A stretch of 47,033 nt of DNA from a virus (Duplodnaviria > Caudoviricetes), in IMG/VR virus record IMGVR_UViG_3300025853_000159, positions 1-47,033 of that record. One strand, written 5' to 3'. Position numbers and translations under genes: made by a program. The notes beneath the pieces were generated by a model. It did no database searches, had not been told where the DNA came from, and was given only the letters and a program-made list of their open reading frames with translations. Positions 1-7,437 of this stretch are shown one piece after another. Within the stretch, counting starts at the first letter, position 1. The number at the start of each line of letters is the position of its first letter.

Positions 1-133
1 TCACGTAGTGTGATCGTGCATAATGCGTACGCCCTCCGTCGCTCGCACATCGTCCCGGCGTACATGTACACACCAACCCCATGAACCCCGCATCATGTAC
101 CCGCACGATCCCGCATAATGCACGTCCGCTCCG
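1..133. repeat. Terminal direct repeat, left copy (circular closure/assembly overlap)
   Basis: Identical to 46901-47033 except position 7 (A vs G). Confidence 0.95.
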
Positions 134-166
134 TCGCCCACGCGACACCCCCGTACACACGCACTT

Positions 167-258
167 CCTTCCTTCGAGAACTACGTTCTCTCGAAAGGAA
201 GGGTCGAATATAACGACACTCCGCCCTTAGCGGGATGGCTTGAGGCCACCCGCAGGGC
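167..258. other. Two adjacent stem-loops in the large non-coding region between divergent gene blocks (possible origin/control region)
   Basis: CTTCCTTCGAGAAC-tac-GTTCTCTCGAAAGGAAG and GCCCTtaGCGGGaTGGC-ttgag-GCCACCCGCAGGGC inverted repeats. Confidence 0.45.
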
Positions 259-721
259 TCAAAAAAGGGAAGGTAGGTCTAGGTATCGACTTCACGACCC
301 AACGACACTACGACCTCTCGATCCGCTATCCGCTCGAACGCCACAGGCACTACAGGGACCCCACACCAACAGGCTAAAGGGGAACCGGAAACGCAGCCGA
401 TCAAGAAGGGATGGAGATCCCGGAGCAATGAACGTCGCAGGCGTAACTTACAGATCGTACACGTCACATACCAGCGACGACACACAAAGTCGAACCGTCC
501 GACCCAGACAATCTACCCACCACACACTCACTGGCGATAGGTGCAGGCAGGATGGGTATTGGGCTGAGATTGTCAGGAAGCTTGTATGGTTGCCCCTAGA
601 AGGCGTTTTTGGGGGTCAGGGTATGCCTACGTACCAGTTTAGGCACATCGGTGTCTTCTCGTCGATTTCCCAGACTCCTCTGCTCCGGTTGTACTTTTTT
701 ATACCATATAAGCCACTTGTA

Positions 722-730
722 TGCTATCCT
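722..730 (+). promoter_or_regulatory. Extended -10 promoter element (TGcTATCCT), probably leaderless
   Basis: TGn + TAnnnT followed by 7 nt and then ATG 738; no SD. Confidence 0.35.
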
Positions 731-737
731 ACTTCAC

Positions 738-872
738 ATGAATGAACAAGATATCGAAACCGCACTCAGGGATGTAGAAGCTCTTAAACTCGCTGATGTA
801 GATAACGACCTATTGACATTAAGAACATCCCTTCAATCTGTATATCCAGTTAGTAATAGCACCTCTACATAA
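738..872 (+). CDS. Hypothetical protein (44 aa)
   Basis: ATG 738 in ORF 609..872; stop abuts the start of the next gene. Confidence 0.5.
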   Translation: MNEQDIETALRDVEALKLADVDNDLLTLRTSLQSVYPVSNSTST

Positions 873-874
873 CT

Positions 875-1414
875 ATGGCAAAAAATAGTAATAAACACTA
901 TACACAAGAGGAACTTGAACAGCTCAGGAAACTTTATATCGAGGAGAACCTCTCCGTAGAACAGTGTGCCTCCATCCTCCGTAGACCTGTCCACGGTATC
1001 AAAGCAAAGATTAAAGAAAATAAATGGAGTGACATTAAACAAACCTTTCAGGAGTCCATGCAACTTGCTGATTCAAGGGCAAGGCAACTCTCCAAAAAAA
1101 CCGAAGGTTTGACTGAAGAGTTCTTAACGGACCTCGCCCGTAGGTCGGCTGCCGCTACGTCCACTGCCTTCGACCACTTCGAGGAGCAGGCCAACGCGGG
1201 TGATCTATACAAGATGGAAACTGCGATCAAGATCGCTGACAGGGCCTCAAACATCGCCCGGAAAGCCATGGGATTGGACGGTCCTGGAGCCAGTAAGCCA
1301 GGTAGCGTCACCTTTAATGTCTACTATGCCGCGGACGCACCCGTGCGTAAGGTGAAAAAAGTGGAGCCTGATGACGATAACTCAGATAACTCTGACGCTT
1401 CGGTAGATATCTAA
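875..1414 (+). CDS. Putative terminase small subunit (N-terminal HTH, helical oligomerisation region, acidic tail)
   Basis: YTQEELEQLRKLYIEENLSVEQCASILRRPVHGIKAKIKENKW is HTH-like; ARKAMGLD followed by a beta strand is typical of TerS C-termini. Confidence 0.55.
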   Translation: MAKNSNKHYTQEELEQLRKLYIEENLSVEQCASILRRPVHGIKAKIKENKWSDIKQTFQESMQLADSRARQLSKKTEGLTEEFLTDLARRSAAATSTAFDHFEEQANAGDLYKMETAIKIADRASNIARKAMGLDGPGASKPGSVTFNVYYAADAPVRKVKKVEPDDDNSDNSDASVDI

Positions 1415-1420
1415 GGACGC

Positions 1421-1640
1421 TCGCAAATATTCAAGTTAGGATCACTACCGCTATTTTGTTCGCACAATAGTCATTATGTCTAATTCGTATATCTGCGTCA
1501 TCAGCTTCGCATATTTGCGTCACCATCTGATTCTGGGTCATCCGGATGGTGATCGATACCCCCACCACCCCATTGCAGTCCACCCGGATCGATACCCACC
1601 CCCACCGCCCCCAGGGGGTGGCCCCCACCCCCGCTGGCCG
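1421..1640. other. Candidate packaging (pac/cos-like) region: short iterated motifs and C/G tracts
   Basis: Non-coding, directly after putative terS; TCGCA(A/T)AT-like repeats, GATCGATACCC twice, CCCCC-A-GGGGG tract; strand skew flips from C-rich to G-rich here. Confidence 0.35.
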
Positions 1641-1750
1641 GAGGCTACCGCATTCATCATACTACCCAGACAACGGATACTCCCATTTTTTGCTTGTGAT
1701 ATATTCTAACATCGTAGATAACCAACCTTCCGCAAATAAAGTGTGCGTTT

Positions 1751-1772
1751 TTCTAACAAGGTATGATATAGT
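1751..1772 (+). promoter_or_regulatory. Promoter with TTCTAACA box and extended -10 (TGaTATAGT), probably leaderless
   Basis: TATAGT at 1767-1772, ATG at 1779; TTCTAACA at 1751 (also 1704). Confidence 0.45.
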
Positions 1773-1778
1773 GATTAG

Positions 1779-2081
1779 ATGAGTGAATTAAGAGAAGAGT
1801 TAAAAGATCGAGCCGTAGAGGGCGATAACATGCCTGGACGTTTGGAGTTGGACGTGACATCGAAGGGGGTTGAGATATCGGTATCTACGTTAAGCGGCAA
1901 GGTATTGAGTAATGAAGTGTATGAGTTTTCTGTGAGTAGTGGAAGTATTTCCTTCGAGGAAGTATTTTCAACTAGGGAGAGGGATGTGAGTGCTCACATG
2001 GGGATAGAGACAGCGTTGGAGGATGTGATTTACCATGCTGGGCAGTTGAGTCGTGAATTTTGGGAGGCGAGTGATGAGTAA
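1779..2081 (+). CDS. Hypothetical protein
   Basis: First ORF of a tightly overlapped + strand gene string. Confidence 0.75.
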   Translation: MSELREELKDRAVEGDNMPGRLELDVTSKGVEISVSTLSGKVLSNEVYEFSVSSGSISFEEVFSTRERDVSAHMGIETALEDVIYHAGQLSREFWEASDE

Positions 2082-2286
2082 ATTTGAGATAGGATCGATA
2101 GCGGTGCAGTTCGATTGCGAGTGGGGAGTGTTTCCGGCGGGTTCGGATTCGTCGTTGTGCTATGCGACGAGTAAGGAGAGGGCGGAGTGGATTGCGAGAG
2201 CACTGAATGAGGCAGTGGAGATGCGTGATCGTTTGGAGGAGATTACAGGGGATCGTTATCCCTTATGTGTGGAGGGCAAGAAATGA
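2074..2286 (+). CDS. Hypothetical protein
   Basis: GGAGG SD, ATG 2074, overlaps neighbouring genes. Confidence 0.7.
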   Translation: MSKFEIGSIAVQFDCEWGVFPAGSDSSLCYATSKERAEWIARALNEAVEMRDRLEEITGDRYPLCVEGKK

Positions 2287-2555
2287 AGACTGACCGCGTA
2301 AATTTGAATGTAGTGAACGAAAGGAACGAAATGATAGAATCGAAGAGAATAGACAGCCCGGCGGAGGATAAGCCGGAGTACCCGAAGTTAATGATCCATG
2401 TTGATGGAGAGTTCGTCGTAATGTTTACGGACATCTGTAGGGGGGTAGTGGTTGAGAGTAATTATGAGAGAACCGTAGTGGGTCACCATAGTGAATTTTG
2501 GACACAACAAGAATTCAAGCCCTACACTGGAGTGGTGGAGTTAAGGAATGGCTGA
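2283..2555 (+). CDS. Hypothetical protein
   Basis: GGAGG SD, ATGA overlap with upstream gene. Confidence 0.75.
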   Translation: MKTDRVNLNVVNERNEMIESKRIDSPAEDKPEYPKLMIHVDGEFVVMFTDICRGVVVESNYERTVVGHHSEFWTQQEFKPYTGVVELRNG

Positions 2556-3696
2556 TGTGGATTTTACCGAAACAATTACACACCTCTCGCTTTGTAGCGG
2601 ATATGACGGAATTGGGCTTGGACTCAGAAGAGTTTGGCCAAATGTCCGAGAAATCGCTCATGTGGAGATCGAAGCTTTCGCAGCAGCGAACCTGGTCACA
2701 AAGATGGAAGCGGGAGAGTTGGGTGAAGCACCTGTCTGGACGGATCTTAAGACGTTCCCGGCATGGAGATTTCGAGGATGCGTGGACATCCTCAGTGCTG
2801 GATTCCCGTGCCAGCCGTTCTCTTGTGCAGGAGCAAGAGCAGCCGACGACGATCCCCGACACCTCTGGCCCCATGTCCGACAAGCAATTGGACTTATTCG
2901 ACCAGGGATGGTTGTGCTTGAAAACGTCGAAGGAATCATCAGCAGCAAGCTCAAAGGAAGCGACTGGAACGACCCGGAAGGAACTCCAGTATTGCTCCAT
3001 GTCCTTAGAGAGTTGGAAAGAACAGGTTATCGCTGTACGTGGGGCGTATTCTCAGCGAGTGAAGTCGGGGCAAGCCACCAGCGGAAGCGGGTGTTCATCG
3101 TCGGGGTGGCCGACACCGAAGGCACAAGAACCTGGATGGACTCCAGAGAATGCAGAGACGAAGGAGGGAACTCCTGTGGAGGTGGGACAGAGGGCATACG
3201 ACAAGGAGACGGGGTCACACAGAACATGGGGATTGAGTCAAGCGACACAGGTAGTAAAGAACTGGGCAACCCCGAACACGATGGATTACATGCCGAGTCG
3301 GAGTCCGGAGGCATTACAAAGGCAGTTCGATTGGGCCCGAAAAGGGAGAACTGCACCAGCGAATCTGAGGGAGCAAGTAGACCCGAAGAACTGGCCAACC
3401 CCACAAGCTTCGGAGGGGGACAAGATTACGGGGCTGGAGAAGCAGGACTCCTTGACCAAGCGGATGCGGTTCAGCGAGGATGGCCAGCAAGACCCGGAGA
3501 GCAGCAGTACGAGTGGGAAGAACCTCGGACAATTGAACCCAGATTGGGTGGAGCAACTAATGGGACTTCCAGTCGGGTGGACCCAACTACCCATCGAGTG
3601 GACCGTCTCCGACTGCTCGGAAATGGAGTTGTGCCAGGAACCTGCGAACGAGCAGTGAGAGTGCTATTGGAGGAATTAATGGAATCAGAATTATGA
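2548..3696 (+). CDS. DNA (cytosine-5)-methyltransferase, catalytic (alpha-like) chain
   Basis: Motif I LCSGYDG, IV AGFPCQPFS, VI LENV, VIII HQRKRVF, X RLRLLGNGVVP; no motif IX in this frame. Confidence 0.92.
   Translation: MADVDFTETITHLSLCSGYDGIGLGLRRVWPNVREIAHVEIEAFAAANLVTKMEAGELGEAPVWTDLKTFPAWRFRGCVDILSAGFPCQPFSCAGARAADDDPRHLWPHVRQAIGLIRPGMVVLENVEGIISSKLKGSDWNDPEGTPVLLHVLRELERTGYRCTWGVFSASEVGASHQRKRVFIVGVADTEGTRTWMDSRECRDEGGNSCGGGTEGIRQGDGVTQNMGIESSDTGSKELGNPEHDGLHAESESGGITKAVRLGPKRENCTSESEGASRPEELANPTSFGGGQDYGAGEAGLLDQADAVQRGWPARPGEQQYEWEEPRTIEPRLGGATNGTSSRVDPTTHRVDRLRLLGNGVVPGTCERAVRVLLEELMESEL
2555..3658 (+). CDS. Alternative-frame methyltransferase partner chain (beta-like; WxTP repeats + motif IX), 367 aa, nested in the MTase gene
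   Basis: Stop-free +1 frame; ATG 2555 coupled to upstream TGA (TGATG) with AAGGA SD; GWPTP/NWATP/NWPTP repeats; LNPDWVEQLMGLPVGWT resembles motif IX. Confidence 0.75.
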   Translation: MWILPKQLHTSRFVADMTELGLDSEEFGQMSEKSLMWRSKLSQQRTWSQRWKRESWVKHLSGRILRRSRHGDFEDAWTSSVLDSRASRSLVQEQEQPTTIPDTSGPMSDKQLDLFDQGWLCLKTSKESSAASSKEATGTTRKELQYCSMSLESWKEQVIAVRGAYSQRVKSGQATSGSGCSSSGWPTPKAQEPGWTPENAETKEGTPVEVGQRAYDKETGSHRTWGLSQATQVVKNWATPNTMDYMPSRSPEALQRQFDWARKGRTAPANLREQVDPKNWPTPQASEGDKITGLEKQDSLTKRMRFSEDGQQDPESSSTSGKNLGQLNPDWVEQLMGLPVGWTQLPIEWTVSDCSEMELCQEPANEQ

Positions 3697-4364
3697 GTGA
3701 AGAAGCAAAATACAGTGAGTTAAGTTTGAGTCGGCTGAAGGCGGACTTGAGAGGGTACAGGCCGGCGGTGGTGCAGGACAATGCCCCGAACCGGCATTTG
3801 ATACTGGGGGGAGGTGGACCACTAGGGGAGGAGATCATTCTGTTGTATTTCGATGGGTATTTGGAAGTGAGCAGTGACTTGGGGAGGCATACAGTGACGG
3901 GTAGGGGTGATATGCTGGAGTGGATTGTGAGGGATGGGGATATGTTGGTGACGAATGCATTGTTGACGTCCAGCTTTTCTTTCAACCGCATGGCGAAGTG
4001 GATTGTGACAAACGAAAAGTACTGGCGGAGGTCGATTAATTTGACACCGGAGAGTATTGACGGGTTTGACTGGGATGCATTTGTGGATGGGGTATGGGCT
4101 CGGTTTGATGACTGTGTGGATGGCGGGACACCGGAAAACCAGGAGGAGTTTGAGGAAATTTATGAGGAGCTGGAGGGAATTCTGTGTCGCAAAAAAGCGA
4201 TGACGGGACCGGAGGCGTATCGATGGGCGGAAGACTACGAGCGTAATGGATTCAACTTGAAGGGGATGTGGGAGGAAGACACACGTGACTTGTTGCTGAG
4301 TTACGTGTGGAGTTACCGGATTGGCTATTTGGTGAGTAAGATGTGGAAGGAGGGGGAGTTGTGA
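3693..4364 (+). CDS. Hypothetical phage protein
   Basis: 223-aa ORF, ATGA overlap with the MTase gene. Confidence 0.8.
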   Translation: MSEEAKYSELSLSRLKADLRGYRPAVVQDNAPNRHLILGGGGPLGEEIILLYFDGYLEVSSDLGRHTVTGRGDMLEWIVRDGDMLVTNALLTSSFSFNRMAKWIVTNEKYWRRSINLTPESIDGFDWDAFVDGVWARFDDCVDGGTPENQEEFEEIYEELEGILCRKKAMTGPEAYRWAEDYERNGFNLKGMWEEDTRDLLLSYVWSYRIGYLVSKMWKEGEL

Positions 4365-4558
4365 GTTTATTCAAGCGAAAGCACATTCGGAGGAAATCGG
4401 AGAAGCCAGCGGCGAAGACCTCGGAGGAGATTTTGGCTCAGTGGGGATTCAGTAGTCCAGAAGAGGTAGGGAAGTTGGCTACTCAGTTGACGGCGAAGAC
4501 GACGGTAGAGATGGCGGAGAAGACATTGGGGATCAGCTTGAGGGGAGGTCAGAAGTGA
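4361..4558 (+). CDS. Hypothetical protein
   Basis: GTGA overlap with upstream stop, G-rich SD. Confidence 0.6.
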   Translation: MSLFKRKHIRRKSEKPAAKTSEEILAQWGFSSPEEVGKLATQLTAKTTVEMAEKTLGISLRGGQK

Positions 4559-4566
4559 CAATTTCA

Positions 4567-4676
4567 AGCCACAGGACAGCATGTGTGTGCGGCTATGCAT
4601 GCGTAAGGGAGGAGGGGGTCGCTAGGGGTTCTTGTATTCTTCCCCACTCATAATACCCTCAACCTGTCCTGTGGCT
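4567..4676 (+). ncRNA. Putative structured intergenic RNA/element closed by a 13-bp perfect inverted repeat
   Basis: AGCCACAGGACAG (4567-4579) / CTGTCCTGTGGCT (4664-4676), with internal hairpins. Confidence 0.35.
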
Positions 4677-4694
4677 ATAATTTAGAAGAATGAT

Positions 4695-4958
4695 ATGAAG
4701 ACAGAATTGATTAATAAAATACGTGAGGGATTCACTACATTCCACACGAATCATGACATGGAGCCGGAGGATTTGATAATAGGAACCCAAACGGAGTTGG
4801 ATTTGAGGGCGGAGTTGTCGGAGTATCGGAAGCGAAACCATCAAAGCCACCGGGATTTGCCTTATACATTGGATGGATCAAAGTATGCTGGCATGTACAT
4901 TCATGTGTTGAGGTCGAGACCCCGTGCTTTATGGATAGGGAAGTTGAGTGCATTTTAA
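4695..4958 (+). CDS. Hypothetical protein
   Basis: 87-aa ORF preceded by TATAAT; flanked by 15-bp direct repeats. Confidence 0.7.
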   Translation: MKTELINKIREGFTTFHTNHDMEPEDLIIGTQTELDLRAELSEYRKRNHQSHRDLPYTLDGSKYAGMYIHVLRSRPRALWIGKLSAF

Positions 4959-4974
4959 TAGGGAGAAGAATGAT

Positions 4975-5370
4975 ATGACAAAGAAAGAGATAAAGAAGCA
5001 GATGTTTTTTATTCACCATGGGACTTATCCATTTGATATTCTGGTTGATATTGGTATTCACACAGATAAGCAGCTTCAGAAGTTCTTAAAGAAAGAGAAG
5101 GGGATCACTTTAGATCCTGATAGCATAGAAGCGTTAGAGACGTGTTCGATTACAGGTGGTCGAACAGTGATGTTATCCGGTGGTGCAACAATCATGCGAG
5201 TTTCGAATGACTCAGATACTTTTCATGAGTTTTTGGCTCATGAGATATTCCATGCGGTAGAATTCTTGTTTGATCGTATAGGGATTCAATTGAGTCGAGA
5301 ATCAAGTGAGGCGTATGCGTATCAGATAGGATGGTTACATAATCAGGTGTATCAGAAGGTAAAGTTATGA
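4975..5370 (+). CDS. Putative Zn-metallopeptidase-like protein (HExxH)
   Basis: LAHEIFHAV followed by a downstream Glu (SEAYAY). Confidence 0.6.
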   Translation: MTKKEIKKQMFFIHHGTYPFDILVDIGIHTDKQLQKFLKKEKGITLDPDSIEALETCSITGGRTVMLSGGATIMRVSNDSDTFHEFLAHEIFHAVEFLFDRIGIQLSRESSEAYAYQIGWLHNQVYQKVKL

Positions 5371-5549
5371 CAAACGAAGAGACAGAGGTAGACTACATTG
5401 GTGTACCAGGACGTATTTTGTTCCTTCCGCTGGGGACGGAGCGGATTCGTGACATTGAGGGCAAGTTGTGGCGTGTAGAGCGTAGCAGTTATATTGGATG
5501 GCGTGGAATGGATCACCATAAGATAGTGGAGGAATTGAAGGATGAGTGA
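5367..5549 (+). CDS. Hypothetical protein
   Basis: ATGA-coupled small ORF. Confidence 0.65.
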   Translation: MTNEETEVDYIGVPGRILFLPLGTERIRDIEGKLWRVERSSYIGWRGMDHHKIVEELKDE

Positions 5550-5799
5550 TTTAATAGTGGAGAAAGACCCGGAAGGTCCACAACCAATCATGGTGGCTGT
5601 TGATTACGACACATTAAACGATGCCATGGATTGTCTCAGTACGGGAGTTGAGTATGCGAAGGAGGCGTTGGCGGAGCATGATGCCAGCTTGGGTCGCAGT
5701 ATTCGGAAAAATCGGATCTGGGCGGAGCAGATTGAGTCTGAGATCCGTCAAATGGAGAAGAGTTTGAAAGTGCTGGAGGAGAGGTTGCCGAATTTATGA
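5542..5799 (+). CDS. Hypothetical helical protein
   Basis: GGAGG SD, overlapped ORF. Confidence 0.7.
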   Translation: MSDLIVEKDPEGPQPIMVAVDYDTLNDAMDCLSTGVEYAKEALAEHDASLGRSIRKNRIWAEQIESEIRQMEKSLKVLEERLPNL

Positions 5800-6008
5800 A
5801 TAAAGCAAAGTATATATTTGGAGATATCGTTGTGGTAGATGGCGATTTGATCGGTTGCATCGTGAAGACATGGGTATCTGAACTTGGGGTACAGTACGAG
5901 GTCTATGTTCGTATCTACAATGCGATAAAAAATTACGATGAGGAGAAGGTGCAACGGTATATCTATTCAAAAGAACTTTCAGAAGAGGAGAAGTCTTGGC
6001 ATGAATGA
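5796..6008 (+). CDS. Hypothetical small beta-rich protein
   Basis: ATGA-coupled ORF. Confidence 0.7.
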   Translation: MNKAKYIFGDIVVVDGDLIGCIVKTWVSELGVQYEVYVRIYNAIKNYDEEKVQRYIYSKELSEEEKSWHE

Positions 6009-6297
6009 TTACGAAGAAGAGTTGACGGCGGTATCCGCAGAGTTGGAGGTATCGGAGAAAGAGATCCTGGGGAATGCCCGGCCTGGGGATGTGGCGTTGG
6101 CTCGCCAGGTCTTCTATTATATCCTGCGTGTACGGGGGAGATCATTTGGGCAGATCGCCAAGATGTTAAAGAAGAGCAAGAGCACGGTGTCCCGGGGTGT
6201 GGCGTTGATCGAGTTTGAGCGTGGTCATGGCGGTTGGATGGAAGGGGTGATTGAGGGTATTGAGGAGAGGTTGAAAAAAGTTGAAGAGGGGGCTTGA
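6001..6297 (+). CDS. DnaA C-terminal (domain IV)-like helix-turn-helix protein
   Basis: EILGNARPGDVALARQVFYYILR...SFGQIAKMLKKSKSTV matches the DnaA_C HTH pattern. Confidence 0.7.
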   Translation: MNDYEEELTAVSAELEVSEKEILGNARPGDVALARQVFYYILRVRGRSFGQIAKMLKKSKSTVSRGVALIEFERGHGGWMEGVIEGIEERLKKVEEGA

Positions 6298-6318
6298 CAG
6301 GTGTTAGAATTTCTAACA
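6294..6318 (+). promoter_or_regulatory. TTGACA -35 element followed by palindromic operator TGTTAGAA-T-TTCTAACA
   Basis: Perfect 8-1-8 inverted repeat at 6302-6318; the half-site recurs at other promoters. Confidence 0.55.
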
Positions 6319-6408
6319 AAGTGTAAAGGATATGAAAGTACCCGACCTTAAAGAAACCATTCACACAAACCCTGACCACCTCCGCAAGGTGGCGTTGCAT
6401 TACTTGGC

Positions 6409-6540
6409 ATGAATACCCTGATCTACATACTGGCGGCCATCGGAGCATTTTCTATAGTGTTCGCGGTAGGCTTCATTATTTGGGCATTGGTTTTTCGTTG
6501 GCGTGAGACCAAGCGGGGTGAAAGGTGTTGGGATGAGTGA
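6409..6540 (+). CDS. Small single-pass membrane protein (43 aa)
   Basis: MNTLIYILAAIGAFSIVFAVGFIIWALVFRWRETKRG..; below the ORF-track cutoff; coupled to a 26-aa ORF at 6332-6412. Confidence 0.6.
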   Translation: MNTLIYILAAIGAFSIVFAVGFIIWALVFRWRETKRGERCWDE

Positions 6541-7183
6541 GGAACCACGAATGGACACGAATAGACACAAATTGGAGGAGCTGAAGCGGGAGTTTTTAAT
6601 TCCAGTGACAAAGCGTTATTTGCAAGGGAAGGTGGATAAAAAGCTGTATCCGATTGATGCAGGCGAGAGCATGCTGGAGTATGCGATTTCTTGCCAGGGT
6701 GGCCCACGGAAATGTACTCAATGTAATAATCGTTTTACGAGCTCGGCGGCGGTGTATACAGTTTGTCCGAGTTGCCGGGATGCCAGCCAGCTAAAGAAGT
6801 TTTTAGATGCTCGTGAGGAAAAGCCGGGCAGTGTGATTATGAGTCTAGTGACGGGGGATTATGGACACAGTCTGGAGGATTTTGAGGAGTTGGCTTTGGA
6901 TCTTTGTGAGCCGGGGCAGGATTTGTGTAATGACGCGATTGTGTGGCATTGCCGGTTGGTGAATCCGAGTCCAAATCGGCCCAGGGTGTTGGATTGGGAT
7001 GCCATTGCAGAGGATTACCAACCCATTGATGCGGATTATGTAGAGCCAAGTGAGGAGGTGCAGGCGGCGATTGATGCGTTTAATCAGGCATTGAAAAAGA
7101 TGGAGCCGATTTCATACGGGCCGCATTGGGAGACGCGGCTGCCGATCGGTGAGGCGTTTCTAAAAAGGGAGGGGTTGGTATGA
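6533..7183 (+). CDS. Hypothetical protein with CxxC..CxxC zinc finger
   Basis: CTQC...CPSC. Confidence 0.75.
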   Translation: MSEEPRMDTNRHKLEELKREFLIPVTKRYLQGKVDKKLYPIDAGESMLEYAISCQGGPRKCTQCNNRFTSSAAVYTVCPSCRDASQLKKFLDAREEKPGSVIMSLVTGDYGHSLEDFEELALDLCEPGQDLCNDAIVWHCRLVNPSPNRPRVLDWDAIAEDYQPIDADYVEPSEEVQAAIDAFNQALKKMEPISYGPHWETRLPIGEAFLKREGLV

Positions 7184-7422
7184 GTGAGGCCAGGATCAAG
7201 CCGCTGAAGTGGGAGTGTGACGCGAGGGACAAAAGTGTTTCTGTGGCATTCACTCCGATAGGTCGTTACCAAGTAAAAAAGCGGGAGAAATGGGGGTGGG
7301 GATGCCGGGTGCTTTCAGTTGATGGAGTGCAATTGCAGTACTCTGATCACAAGACGGAAGCTTTAGCGAAGGCTCGTGCGGAGCAGTATCACGAGGGGAT
7401 CGTAAGGGGGTTATTGCTTTAA
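7180..7422 (+). CDS. Hypothetical protein
   Basis: ATGA overlap, SD. Confidence 0.7.
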   Translation: MSEARIKPLKWECDARDKSVSVAFTPIGRYQVKKREKWGWGCRVLSVDGVQLQYSDHKTEALAKARAEQYHEGIVRGLLL

Positions 7423-7437
7423 TTACTAACTAAAACT

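Noticed and set aside
279-745. ORFs 279..485, 428..745, 1431..1782 and 46791..47006
   Set aside because: Low-complexity translations in repeat-rich control regions, with no start signals.
2515-3594. Several - strand ORFs over the methyltransferase (a third coding layer)
   Set aside because: Short, fragmented and without recognisable motifs; likely a by-product of the two constrained + frames.
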